From assembly GCF_035084215.1 (NCBI RefSeq), contig NC_090349.1, positions 35,278,001-35,342,000 on the forward strand: a stretch of DNA of 64,000 nt, given 5' to 3'. A program made the translations under genes and the position numbers. This DNA is from Heptranchias perlo (taxonomy: Eukaryota). Below, one piece after another: positions 49,000 through 61,027 of the stretch. How positions within the stretch are numbered: position 1 is the first letter of the stretch; each line of letters starts with the position of its first letter. The notes under the pieces are model-generated. The model was not told the DNA's origin, made no database searches, and was given only the letters and a program-made list of their open reading frames with translations.

Positions 49000-51900
49000 T
49001 GGGCAGTGGATCTCTCAGTTCAGTCCACAATGTTAACCAGTCTTTTCTATTTCAGAAGCTACATTATATGTGTATTTCCAGCAATTTGTTTTTATTTGAC
49101 TTTTCTGGGTGGTCATCTGTAAAGTTGCTCAGATATTACACATTTAGCTGGGAACAATGATTTGTAGCATTTAGGGCTGCTTTTATATTGATCTTAATTT
49201 GGATTCTGGGAGACTAGCATCCATGATCCAGCTCCTGACGTTTACACTGCTAAATCTATCTCATCCTAGCAGCAGACTTGTAAAGCCAGCATAAAGATGG
49301 CAGTGACTATCTTTGGTCTGAGAAAGGGAGACAGACCCAGAATCAAGATGTAAGTGTTAATGGCAGTTTGAGATGTACAAAGCATCTACCATACAAATAG
49401 TGGTCATCTTGTCCAAAATGAAAGTTACAAATTACAGATCTGTTTTTACATTCTAACATCTTGTTCATTGTCCCAGTACAGATTGAGGCATACAGAATCT
49501 ATGTCTAAACAGTTCTTTCGTGCTTTGGAACTACTTTGTATTCAGTAAAAATGCTTCCTTTGACTCTTATGCAAGGGCCAGGAACAAGCTGTGGGGTTTA
49601 GCAAAAAAGGAATTATGGTCTTAGCCTACATCCATCTATCACTCAGAAACCTGGAGTAGTCATCTCTCTGATTAAGCAGTCAGCTATGAGTAAGCCTGTA
49701 ACACAGCATTTGACTTTGACATGCAGAATATCAAGGTAGCTGGTACATCATAAACCGTCAAGCATAAGTTGTTCCTCTATGCTGAAACTAGCATTCATTG
49801 TATAATTGATGTGGAACAGGCTTGGCATAACATCCACAGGCTAGCTATAAGCTTACCTACTCGGATCCAGGATTCGGTGTCTATTGGGATTGCAGAGACA
49901 AGCAGTTGCCCTCGAAATAGAGGAACCACCATTCAATACTGTAGGATGTATGGCTATGCTTTGGTTAAGATAGTGAAAATGCATTCACATATTATGATGA
50001 GTTGTGCTCTCAAATTTCTGATATCCACGTGATGACTCAGACCTGCACGTGTTGGTCATCTAATGACTAAAGTTCTTTGCGATCAAGTTGATGTTAGATG
50101 ACACAGCTGACAATGAAAGATTTAGAACGGAATCAACCCTCAGTAGCAATGACAGATCTTACTACAGGTAGGCTCAATCATTCCATGTCCCACTAGTGAT
50201 CCTTAATGAGGTGGTAAGCAGGGTCTCTTTGGGATGAAGCAAAGATGATGTATTTGTCAATGGAAGATCAATACCAAGTCAATCTTCTATGGCAGACTTA
50301 GTAATTGAACATATGGGCAAGGTAAGGATAAAGTATTCTAGGGGACTGTTGATTTATACACCAATCTTGCTCACTAATGGGATCTGGATCTGGAGCAACA
50401 GACCCATGACTGGGTTTCTTTCGACATGGTTCAAGATAATCTTGCAAGCCAATCCCCTAATGGGTAGTGGCCTCACTGGGCATGCAGCAGAAAGCTTACA
50501 AGTGCTCCATTGTGGTTAAGCTGCAGTTTTAGATGGTTACACAACAGTACACTTGCATATCTCCACCCCCCCAAATGTCTTGGCTTATCAACCTGTGCCT
50601 AATCCCTCTAGATTTATGTAAGTGGGGTGGATGTGTCCCTATGTAGGGGAGTACACTCCATAATCAAGTAAACAAAATCTTGTGTCGATTAGTTGGCGAC
50701 TCAGCCATACTATTGTGTTTGCATGTCTCTCAGCTGACTACAAAAATGAATACCATACTTTGGGGTATGTATTGGATTGCTATGGGCAAATATCCACTTA
50801 AATGTCATTCTGCTCAGAGAAAGGATAAGTTTCTTCAATGGCTCCATGACATGAAGGTATTTACCAGCTGAAAGTAGATTTATAATATCAAATACCCCTG
50901 CTATATTTGGAATATTTTTGAAAATGTAATTTCCCCTCTGATCATGTCAACATTTTCCATTATAAATTACATCTGTACAACCTGATCCAATTATTCTCCA
51001 CCCTCAAATTCTGCTTGAACTGAAGACTGTACTTGGTCTTGACTCCCACAGATTGACTAGTTGCAATAAATTTTAAACTGCTTTAAAAAGCAAAAATAGT
51101 TTTCCAATACAATGACAAACTTCCAAGTCATGTGTATATTTCTCTAACTATGCCAGTGATTTATTTTAAGGCTCAGCTTTATGATGAAATAATTAGTTCC
51201 ACAAAAATTAACATCCCAACCCAGTAACAGCTGAAATTTCCTACGACAGTGGAAAACAAACTCAGTTATGTAGCACCAGCATTCCGGCCATTTTTATGAA
51301 TCATATTTTAAATCCAATACTTCAAAGAAAGAACTGTACTTTTGGCAAGCATGTGGGAGTGGCTTAGGGAGTAGGTTTCACTGGCAGGAGTTTTGAGCCT
51401 GGCTAACCTAAGGTGCATTCATATGCAAACGGACATTTTACACTGAAACTGGGTGGAAAGGAACCCAGGCCGATTGATGTCATCACCATTTAACATGATT
51501 ATTGGAAACAATACCCAAAGAGGTAACTCAGACACTCAGTCCCAACTTAAACTGGTGGAAGGCAGATTGCTGGGCGATTGTCTTCCAGGAGAGAAGCAAG
51601 TTATGCAAGATCGGCTTGATATCGAAACCCATTACCTGCTAATGGGGGCCATCAACTCAGGAAACGACAGACGCCCAGTAATCAGCACCCATAGTCTCTC
51701 CAGCTGCAAGGCCTGGAAGCGGGAACACAAAATAGCATTTTTCACAAAGATTTCAAAGATTATGAGTCACTCCAGGCCACCGGGGAGGGGGGGGGTGTCC
51801 AGACAGATCACCTGAGTCAATACGTCGATCAGTATTGGCGGGAGAAAAGGTGAATGGTTTCTGGCTCGGCTCTGTTCTCCTTGGCATTAATCTACAGCGA

Positions 51901-52915
51901 GTCTCCCGAGTGGGGCTCAGCTCAATTCAACATAACATGCTCTTCATTCCTCATCAACAGACCTCAACTCAAACTGGAACCTGGATACTGTGTCGGCGGT
52001 ACGGGACCAGGACCGAGATGTGCAGGAAGAAGCTGCAAGCAACAACGGGCAATCGGGGTGAGCATATTGCCTGCGCCTACACATCCACAAGACCACTTAG
52101 CTGTGTGAGGGGGTGTCTGTAAGTCCCAACCAAACCTTAGAGGGTTTTAGTGCTGGGGGTGGGGGCGTCCTGTGTTAAGTTTATTTCATGGGAGGGTTCC
52201 CTTATTAGGCTGGGGTAATTTAGCATGGTACAGCTTATTGGACAAGCCAGGGTTGTACTGTTTACTAGTGTTATTGTTAATCTTATTAAACACAATACGG
52301 TTGAGCCTGAAAACATGTCAGAGTCTGATTTGTCCTTATAATCCCTATCGTTCCAGAACTTAAAGGTGTGTTTTTGGTACGCCCAAGAAAACCACTTACA
52401 GTTAAAAGCAAATAATGGATACAATGCTGTTGCCCATTTTGTAAACCACATATGCATTTACCCATGTGGTTTATGGCAGTGTTCAAGTTTCTTATTTCTA
52501 TGGATTGCTTACGTGCACCATGGAGCCTTAGGGGCCAATTTTTTTTAAAAATCCATGCTCGTTCTAATTTAGGTATATTTAATCTGCAGATACTAAACAA
52601 ATCTTGGTGTTCGGATTTAGGCTTTATCCAACAACGAGGCAACTTTACAACAGCCCTTTGCAACCCTCCAGCCTCAAGAAATTCAAATGGAGCAAATAAG
52701 AAATACCAGCACAAATAGCAGTGGGGGAAAAGTGGCTCACAGTTGGCTTTGGTTTATGCTTCCTTGGATCCTCAACAGCATCTTCCACAGCAAACATCTG
52801 GTGTAAAAATAAAACTAAGCTTTTAAGTTTTAAAAAAAAAAATCTATAAAACATTTTCACTTTTGAATCCTGTAATTAGAAACATAATAGGAGGCAGCAC
52901 TGTTCAAATCCCAGT

Positions 52916-52921
52916 TTTAAT
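52916..52921 (-). terminator. RPL6: RPL6 polyadenylation signal ATTAAA
   Basis: ATTAAA 23 nt after the stop codon; a short 3' UTR is typical of ribosomal protein mRNAs. Confidence 0.7.
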
Positions 52922-52944
52922 AAATGACACTTTTTACAGCTTGT

Positions 52945-53097
52945 TTAGAATACCAATTTATGTGGGTAAACGCCCTTAGACAGAGAGAATGTGCAGCGGA
53001 GGTAGCCACGGAGCTGTGGGGTCTGTCTGATAATGGGCAGGAGTTGGGAATCCACAGCCTTCTGGTCTTCCTTCCGCTGTTCTGTTAGCTGATATTT
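52945..53097 (-). CDS. RPL6: RPL6 exon 7 (terminal)
   Basis: ttcacag|[53 protein letters not shown]. Total CDS 804 nt, 267 aa. Confidence 0.97.
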   Translation of the reverse strand, partial: KYQLTEQRKEDQKAVDSQLLPIIRQTPQLRGYLRCTFSLSKGVYPHKLVF

Positions 53098-54054
53098 CTG
53101 TGAATAGAGAAGAGTGCAAAGATGAGTCGGAGCAAAATTTGACGTGGAATCACTGGAATTTCATAAAGTAATCACACATCTGGAACAATGGGACATTCAT
53201 CTGTTCTGTCAACTATTTCAATAGCATTATGGAGAGAGTGAAATTTCTGTACGATATCCACTATAACAGAACATCTAGCAGCTGTTATAGATGTTAGCCA
53301 TCCAAATGTTGAGAGCATTTTGAGCCATAAGGCGAAGTATTTGTAATTACCATTTCTGCTGCAATTTGAGGTGATTAACTGAGTTATCGCTTTAAAATGT
53401 GTTGACTTAAGTGCAACTTTTTCTTAAGCACATTGGTACCAGTGCATTAAACATGTCTAGCATCAACACTGTCAGTTTTTGCCAAATACTGTAGAATGGG
53501 TTAATTCCTCAAAAACTATCGCAATATTCACTGCATGAACCCCACAAAACTACTGCAAAGTATATGTTCATAGAAAGGTTACAGCACGAGGCCATTCGGC
53601 CCATTGAGTCCACGCCGGCTCTATGAAACAGCAATCCAGCTAGTCCCTATGTTGTATTAAACGGTAAAATCTGCAGTCATGATCCACAGGCTCAACAGCA
53701 CTTGAACCAGTAGCTAAGTACTAGTATTCTGCATTTCTTTGGTCACCTGAACACACAGACAAGATTACCAGCACGCCCTGCACGTTAAACAGGCTCTTGA
53801 TTAAAATCAAAGGGCTGGTGAGGCAGAGAAACATACCAGCAGACTGTAACAAATAACCCTAGTTTGTAAGACCAGGGATCCAGGACCTAAAGTGAATTTT
53901 TGTTGTGCTTAAATCCCGGGACAATATATGCAGTAATTTCCATTATACAGATTCCCTAAATCAGCAATGAAGGAGACCCTTTCAAGAAAAAGGTTAAATT
54001 GATGTAAGACACTTGTACTAAAAGGAATCCCTGTATAGCACACTAATTATAAAG

Positions 54055-54465
54055 AAAAAACTTGTATTTTATATAGTGTCTTTCATGACCTCAGGATATC
54101 CCAAAGGTCTTCAGCTACCGAAGTACCCTTTGAAATGTTGTAATATAGGGAAATACAGCAGCCAATCTGCACATGGCAAGATTCCACAATGAAATAAGTG
54201 ATCAGATAATCTATTTTTAAAAAAGTTAGTTGAGGGATAAATGTTGACCAGAACATGAAGAACTCCCCTGCTCATCTTCAAATAGTGCCTGGGATCTTTT
54301 ATGGCCACCTGAGAGGGGGGACGGGGCTTTGGCTTAACGGCTCATTCGAAACACTCCAGTGAAGTGTCAGCCCAATTATGTGCTCAAGGCTCTGGAGCAG
54401 GGCCTGAACCCACGACCTTCTGTATTAGAAAATCAAGATGGTACTACTGAACTAAGGCTGAAACT
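54055..54465 (-). mobile_element. Deu-domain SINE in RPL6 intron 6
   Basis: Homologous to 22420-22860; tRNA-like head at the right end. Confidence 0.7.
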
Positions 54466-56029
54466 ACATCTGTGAAAGACACACAAAACTCTTGTTCTAA
54501 TTGTGAAAAATATAATATGCAGCTTCCAAGGGAACTAAAATACAATCAATCCTCCAACCCAAGGTATACAGAAATGGTCTGCCTTTGATTTACCATCAGC
54601 AGGACCCATCTAAATCTGCAGTGAGTCTACCTGTCTAGAAACATATCACCAATTCAAGTGCTCCTCTTCTGCAAGACATTCATTTTTATGCTGGTGACAA
54701 TTCCAGATACACATCATCCCCGATCTACCATTCTCAAACCACACAACTATGTGAAACACTGGGATTAATCACAGTGCCTTTGTAAGTCAATAAAAGCCCC
54801 ACAGTAAGTCTCATGGAGAACAGACTACTCAATGGGATAAGACAGCTGTTACTATAGCAAGCAGAAATTGTGCCACATCATTGTTGGAGTCAACTTCTGA
54901 CACAGAGTGTAGCTTGCATCCCCCCCCCTCCCCCCAGTAGGAGCCATATCAGGTACCTGCACCGCCCAATTACAAAAACAAACTGACTCTATCTTCCTAT
55001 CGGTTGGTTGAGAATGAGAAAACAAAACAGCCAATGCCCGCTCTTAAATCACTTGCCAGCAACCCTTGCTTGAAAGCACGTGTTTGTGGATGCCAGGCAA
55101 GGACAAAAGCAGATTTGGTTGTGATACCCAACACACTGTCCACGCTCACAAAATGGCCAAGTTCAGAGGACCATATACATGGAGCTACACACCAGCATGT
55201 ATCACCTTTAGGAAAGAAGTTCTGGGAAGGGGAGAAAAGCCCATATGGGCTTCTACAAGCAGCTTTTGAGGAATCTAAGTCGTATTTCAAATAATCATTC
55301 CCTTTTACTGCAAGTAATTCACCTGAAGGTACAACTGACGATTAAGCCGTCCAGCAAATGTGCATTATAGACCAATTTAATATACAATCTATAAAGAAAG
55401 TTTGTGTCCACCCATCCCGTGTCTTGTTCCCCCGCCATCATGTGCCGTGCCACGGATAGTCCCCAGAAAATCCTGGAAATTTGCTGTAATCATTTAATAA
55501 AAATGGTCCTAATCATAAAACAGACAGGATGTGATCCAAAATATCAGCAAAAGTTCCAGAATCCCATGCAATAAAAGCAGAATTCAACTTTCAGTTACTG
55601 CAAGACAGTTGTCCTGATCAGGGAGTCTAGCAGCAAGACTTTAGTCTGTCATGCCACCTAACAAGGAGCAAGGTTGTACAACCTGGATTTGGGGCATGGC
55701 ACCAAGATAAAGCACTGGGGCAATAAGCCACATCAGATTGCGTGCACCAAAGAGGTACTTAACCATATACAACTGCTACACTGCTACTGGTAGGAGGGGA
55801 GAGAGCAGCAAATAACCTGAAGCTTAGTCACTACCATATGCTCTCAAGACATAACGCCAAGCAACAACCCGAAGAGCATCAACAGGGCAAAAACAAAAAC
55901 CCAGTCCATTTTCTCAATCAGGAAAGATTTGTAATGCAGGAAGCAATTGTGACCTGAACAGCCATCATGTACTACAAATGGCACAAGCGATCAAAGAGCT
56001 GAAGTACCAGAGCACAGTGCAGCATCTAC

Positions 56030-56214
56030 CTCTTTCTCAGTGTCAAAGATCTCGCCCTCCTGGTGCTTGGGCCTGCGCAGCTTCTTCTTCTTGAAGTAGG
56101 AGTCAGTCAGATGCTTGGGGATTTTCATGGTAGACAGGTCAATCTTTGTGGACGTCGAGATGACAAATTTCTGGTGAACTCTACGCAGAGGGACACGGTT
56201 GAGAACCAGAGGGC
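56030..56214 (-). CDS. RPL6: RPL6 exon 6
   Basis: ttgtag|(G)[61 protein letters not shown]|gtagat. 185 nt. Confidence 0.97.
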
Positions 56215-56918
56215 CTACAACAAACGAGAGAATTCAGAAACAACCTAGAAAAGCAGATATGTCAACATGAAAAGCAAACTAGAAAAGGAACACAAAAACC
56301 AAGAAATGCCTTCTAACAAAGATAAATGCAAACACATCTTGGGAATATTTTAAATAATGTTGCAATGTGCCTCACTGCTGCTCCAGCATGCTGTACCACT
56401 GAGAGGCAGGATCCAGGTCTGGTCCCATGATTCCTCTCAGCAGTTCTGTATCTGTGTAATAAGATACACGGCAGACATCATTGGGAAGTAATAAGGACAA
56501 AAGTAATACTCAAAACAGAATGGAATCAAAACCATAACTTGCTGTGGGAAGGTCTGTTGGGGAGACATTATCTTTGCACCACTTCATATACAAAACGCAA
56601 AACATGCTGCAGGAAAATTTACTATTGTGGCAAAGGCTTTTTAAAGGGTAAAGCAGGGACACAATTAGATCACATGACTTAAGCTTGCAAAACGCCTTCC
56701 AAGTTGGCTTGCTTGTTTGCATAAATCCATTACATGGAAGTTGTAATTATGAACAAGAGTACATGCAAAATACCCCAGCCAAATAGAAGACAAGGGAAGA
56801 AACATGCCAGATGCAATATACAGTCAAGTATTTTTTTTTAAAATCCTATAGTTGTTCCCTCGGTCTCCTCTAACAGATGTAATTTAAGTGAAAACATCAT
56901 TAAAGGAACTGTACTCAC

Positions 56919-56967
56919 CAGTGACCAGCAGCAGGCCACTGTTGAGCTGCTTCAGGAAAAGCACACG
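56919..56967 (-). CDS. RPL6: RPL6 exon 5
   Basis: ttgcag|RVLFLKQLNSGLLLVT(G)|gtgagt. 49 nt. Confidence 0.97.
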
Positions 56968-57207
56968 CTGCAACGAAAAAGGAAAGTCAAAGTCAATCTT
57001 TATGGAAATGATTGCCTGCAAACTAATTTTTAAAAATGTATTATCCCAGACATTAAAAGGAAGAAAAGCCACATGTTAACAGTATTGTTTTCTTTTGCGC
57101 TCCATATGTAAACAGGAGCCTAACCCACCCATCTCTTTCACTGCAGTTGCAGACTTCAGCAAAAAGACAAGCACTGCTATTTGATTAGTTAATCCATAGA
57201 CCCCCAC

Positions 57208-57351
57208 CTTACACCTGTGACGGCCAGTTAGCAGGATAAGCACTGTCCCTGGGGTGATGGATGCACGCAGATGCCTCTTGTGCTGGCTGAAAGGTTTGTT
57301 ACCGTGGCTAATCTTCTTGCGGGGGACATCTTCAGTGGGGTAATACCTTGG
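57208..57351 (-). CDS. RPL6: RPL6 exon 4
   Basis: ttacag|[48 protein letters not shown]|gtgggg. 144 nt. Confidence 0.97.
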
Positions 57352-58238
57352 CTGTAAAAACAAACAAGACCAATATGCAGAAATATTATATTGTATAGTC
57401 ACTAGTAGACAACTGCGTTCCATAAAATCTCACGGTGGTGATGTGTTTTTTGAAAAAATATAAAGGGATAGTTTTCATTCTGGTTGTGCTACTAAGTAAC
57501 TTTGTTACTAAAAATTCAATTTAATATGGGTATGTACCATTCATTAACAAAAAGACACTGGAACTTTAGTGTTCTGACTTTCAGAATCTGACCCAAGTTT
57601 TTAAAAATAACGCCCCCCCCCCCCCCTCCGCTGAACTCTTCCCAATTCCTCACTGTTCCATGAGCATCACCTGCCCTGCAGTACCATACCTGAGCTATCA
57701 TTCAGGTACAAGCCTCAGCATTGACAGCACCTGTCAGCAGATTCCATGACTGCAAGGAGCATCACATCCAAGTCTGATCCGGTCCTCATTTGCACATGTG
57801 CAGTCAACAGGGATTGCTAGATAGCAAACAGGAGTGGGAACCCTAATCCATTTCCTGCTCCCACTGCCCTAGCTAATTTAGGACATACCATGGATTGAAC
57901 CCAAGATCTTCTTGATCTGTATGGCTCAGCTATTAACCAGATAAACTCACCATGTTATGGGGGGGGAACAGAACTACAGTTAACCTAACATTACACCACC
58001 GCACTACCAGGGCTGTCATTTGGAATCAGAACCCCTAGCAGCCAGGCAATTCCAACACAGAACTGCTGTAATAGCACATCAACCTCATTTGGAATAAAAG
58101 TCACTAGGGCACTGTAAAAATGCTCCCAGCATTACACAACACCTCAATTTAAAAAAACCACAAGGCTGAAATGAAATCTAAATTCTTCCCACCCAAGAAC
58201 ATTTAAAAAAATCTCAAAATAGGAGGGATTTGAGTTAC

Positions 58239-58337
58239 CATTTTCCGGACTTTGACTACACGGCTACCACCATTTTTGTCTCCTCCAACAGGCTTAGTGA
58301 TTGTAAAGGGCGTTTTTTCCTTCAGCTTCTTCTCGAT
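58239..58337 (-). CDS. RPL6: RPL6 exon 3
   Basis: tttcag|[33 protein letters not shown]|gtaact. 99 nt. Confidence 0.97.
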
Positions 58338-58597
58338 CTGAAAAGGAATGATGCAAGCCGTTAACTTTTCCTTTTCTGTGATTTGTTCGATCACAAAACA
58401 CGTAAAACCAACCTCCAGGATCAGCACCAATCAAATGTACAGAACTGCACACAAAGATCAAGCGTCCCAACAATTTAACTAAAATCCTTTTGGGCGTCAA
58501 GTTAAATGACTCCACTGCAGATTACTACACTGGTGTGCTTTATTCCACGGTACACTCCCAACTTTCAGAGCCCATTCAAGATCTGATTTCTCCTTAC

Positions 58598-58771
58598 CTT
58601 GGTCTCAGGAGCCTTGTATTTGCGCTTGTACAGGGCTCTCCTAGCATACATGACAGAGCGGGAATATCTGCCAATGCCCCGGGCCAGCACAGGGTTGCGA
58701 CTAGCATGGCGCCGCGGTTTCTTCTGTTCCTTTTTTTCATCTGCCATCGGTTCCTGTTTCTCTCCTGCCAT
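58598..58771 (-). CDS. RPL6: 60S ribosomal protein L6 (eL6), coding exon 1 (gene exon 2)
   Basis: ggcag|[61 protein letters not shown]|gtaagg; the [15 protein letters not shown] motif of eL6. 174 nt. Confidence 0.97.
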
Positions 58772-59191
58772 CTGCCAAAGAGAGAAAACTTGGGCTTTAA
58801 AATAGGCATGCACAAAAAATAGTGACTTGAAGGCAGTGTATGCCAATGTGCCACCAGTACAATCAACAAATACGGTGAAATTTGGAATTTAAGTTCAGAT
58901 GTGCAAAACAGACCCTTCTGGAGCATTCAATCAGTCCTGTGAGAAGCACTTAGTGATGAAAGATCGTGGGTATTTTGAAGGTTGAATACACCAAAACCAA
59001 ACACCAATCACACACAACTGAGTAGCAAAGTCCCGAATTAACCAATTATCAATTGTCAGACAACCTGTCTTGAAAATTGCCATCTAAATAATTTTGAGGC
59101 CATAGGGAGAACAATTTGGAGAAGGAATGTGCATTGGCTTGCGGTGATCCACAGGGATGCTTAGATGCAACTTTCTGTCCTAGATTGTCAA

Positions 59192-59320
59192 GATGTGGAG
59201 ATGCCGGTGATGGAATGGGGTTGACAAATGTAAAGAATCTTACAACACCAGGTTATAGTCCAACAATTTTATTTGAAAATCACAAGCTTTCGGAGATTAC
59301 CTCCTTCGTCAGGTGAGTGA
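59192..59320 (-). mobile_element. 129-bp Penelope-like 3' end insertion in RPL6 intron 1
   Basis: TSD CTAGATTGTCAA (59180-59191, 59321-59332); homologous to 47970-48098. Confidence 0.9.
59280..59316 (-). ncRNA. minimal hammerhead ribozyme, sense to RPL6 pre-mRNA
   Basis: TCAC-CTGACGA-A-GGAGG/taa/TCTCC-GAAA-GCTT-GTGA. Confidence 0.78.
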
Positions 59321-60206
59321 CTAGATTGTCAATACAGAGGGTTGTCACTGCTTTGTTCATACAGCTTAGTATTTTATCAGTTAAATCCCACACATCATCT
59401 TCTCTATGCAGAAAGCACAAAGGAACCATTTCTCAGCCTAAAACATTTTATTGTGTATACTTCACCAAATAAAATTTAAAGTTGAGCATCTACAGAATAT
59501 GGGGAGACATATTAGCAGGTACTACTCATCCAAGCAGTAAGGGAGAGATAAAATCAGAAAATGCTGCAAACATCCAGCAGGTCAGGTAATAAGATCTTTG
59601 TTCAGCAAATTGGCCACATAAGAATTCCAGTGTCAATTAGCATTGATTATTCAGCATGGAAAATGGAATGAAATAATTGTACATATTGGAAAGGGGAGCA
59701 GTTTACTATAGTTGATTAAAAATTGTAAGACTTGATACAGGGCACTCACATTCAGGATAGCTTATACCCTTCGCATTGGGAGCATTAAAGACATTAATAT
59801 TTTAATGTTAAGGGCCAGTCCCCACGCGCAACAGTAGCACTGGCTAACCCCATGCAAGAAGACTCCCAGCCCCTGGCTGCTCCTACTTCCAGTCGCAGGC
59901 CTCTCCCTCACACACCGGTAACTCCTTTTCTACTCCACCCACCGAGATTTCTAGCATAACACATGGCTCAGAAACCGCCATTACACCGCTTCTCGCACCG
60001 TACCCTGCCGCTTCCCCCACTACCTCCAAAAAGAGCCCCACAAACATCACCATAAATCCTCCTTAACCACAAATATAGGCTAATCCGAACAGCTGACACT
60101 GCGCACCGCGCTTTCCGTGTGGTGCTAGATGTTAACAAAGCTTCCCAGCCCCGATGGAAACCGATGCTCTGTCCCATAGTTCGTAACAAAACTCCGCCAT
60201 TCTTAC

Positions 60207-60225
60207 CTTAAGTCAAAAGGAAGGG
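60207..60225 (-). other. RPL6: RPL6 non-coding exon 1 with 5' TOP/TCT initiator
   Basis: CCCTTCCTTTTGACTTAAG|gtaaga: a polypyrimidine start and consensus donor, followed by YY1-like AATGGCGG in intron 1. Confidence 0.85.
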
Positions 60226-60335
60226 CCTAACATCCGGGGCACGGTGGTATAAGCGCCTCCGGGGTTACGTCACGCAACTTCCGGCAAGTGCCAAGTATTG
60301 GCTGCAAAGCATTGTGGGAGTTGTAGTCGCAGGCG
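60226..60335 (-). promoter_or_regulatory. RPL6 promoter: CRE-like, ETS/GABP and ZNF143(SBS)/THAP11 motifs
   Basis: Minus strand TGACGTAA (~60265-60272), GCCGGAAGT (~60277-60285) and GACTACAACTCCCACAATGC (60309-60328). Confidence 0.8.
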
Positions 60336-60627
60336 TTAAACTGTACTGGTCTTAAAGTTAACCAAGTCTCATAGTACATTTCAGTATAGTCTGTATTAAT
60401 TAAATATTTTTGATTAATTTTCAGCTTCAACATTAATATAAAAAAGTCATGGGACTAGGTGACGGGTTGGACTTGGACTTGGGACACCATCTTTTGCTTC
60501 TACGCCCTAGGGGTGAATCCACACCAGATAAATCACAGTGAAAAACTCGTCTGTTAAAGTCCAAGGTGAAATGAATTTGGGCACTATTGAGCATAAGCCT
60601 CGAACTAAACTAATCTTAATTAACTGC

Positions 60628-60836
60628 TGTAAACAATTTTACAACACCAAGTTATAGTCCAGCAATTTTATTTTAAATTCACAAGCTTTCGGAGGCTTCC
60701 TCCTTCCTCATTTACCTGAGGAAGGAGGAAGCCTCCGAAAGCTTGTGAATTTAAAATAAAATTGCTGGACTATAACTTGGTGTTGTAAAATTGTTTACAA
60801 TTGTCAACCCCAGTCCATCACCGGCATCTCCACATC
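60628..60836 (+). mobile_element. 209-bp palindromic Penelope-like insertion upstream of RPL6
   Basis: TSD TTAATTAACTGC (60616-60627, 60837-60848). Perfect inverted arms 60628-60710 and 60717-60799 plus a unique 3' tail. Same family as element B. Confidence 0.92.
60710..60750 (+). ncRNA. minimal hammerhead ribozyme
   Basis: ATTTAC-CTGAGGA-A-GGAGG/aag/CCTCC-GAAA-GCTT-GTGAAT. Confidence 0.75.
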
Positions 60837-61027
60837 TTAATTAACTGCCTCAAGATCACAATATGACTTGTATGAGAAATGGAAAAATTCAACATTGGTG
60901 CACTAGGTGTTCTAAAGCACATGGTTGGGGATTTTTTACTCTACAATCAACTTTTTTATATTTGACCGGAAAGTGCTTAATGCTAACAGTGGATGTCCAA
61001 AGTGGGCACTGTTGTAAGGTGAGCTTG

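Noticed and set aside
49600-50600. Possible degraded LINE or coding relic
   Set aside because: Too decayed to assign by eye; no motif I can support.
54997-55290. MKYDLDSS ORF as RPL6 last exon
   Set aside because: The true terminal exon with YPHKLVF is at 52945-53097.
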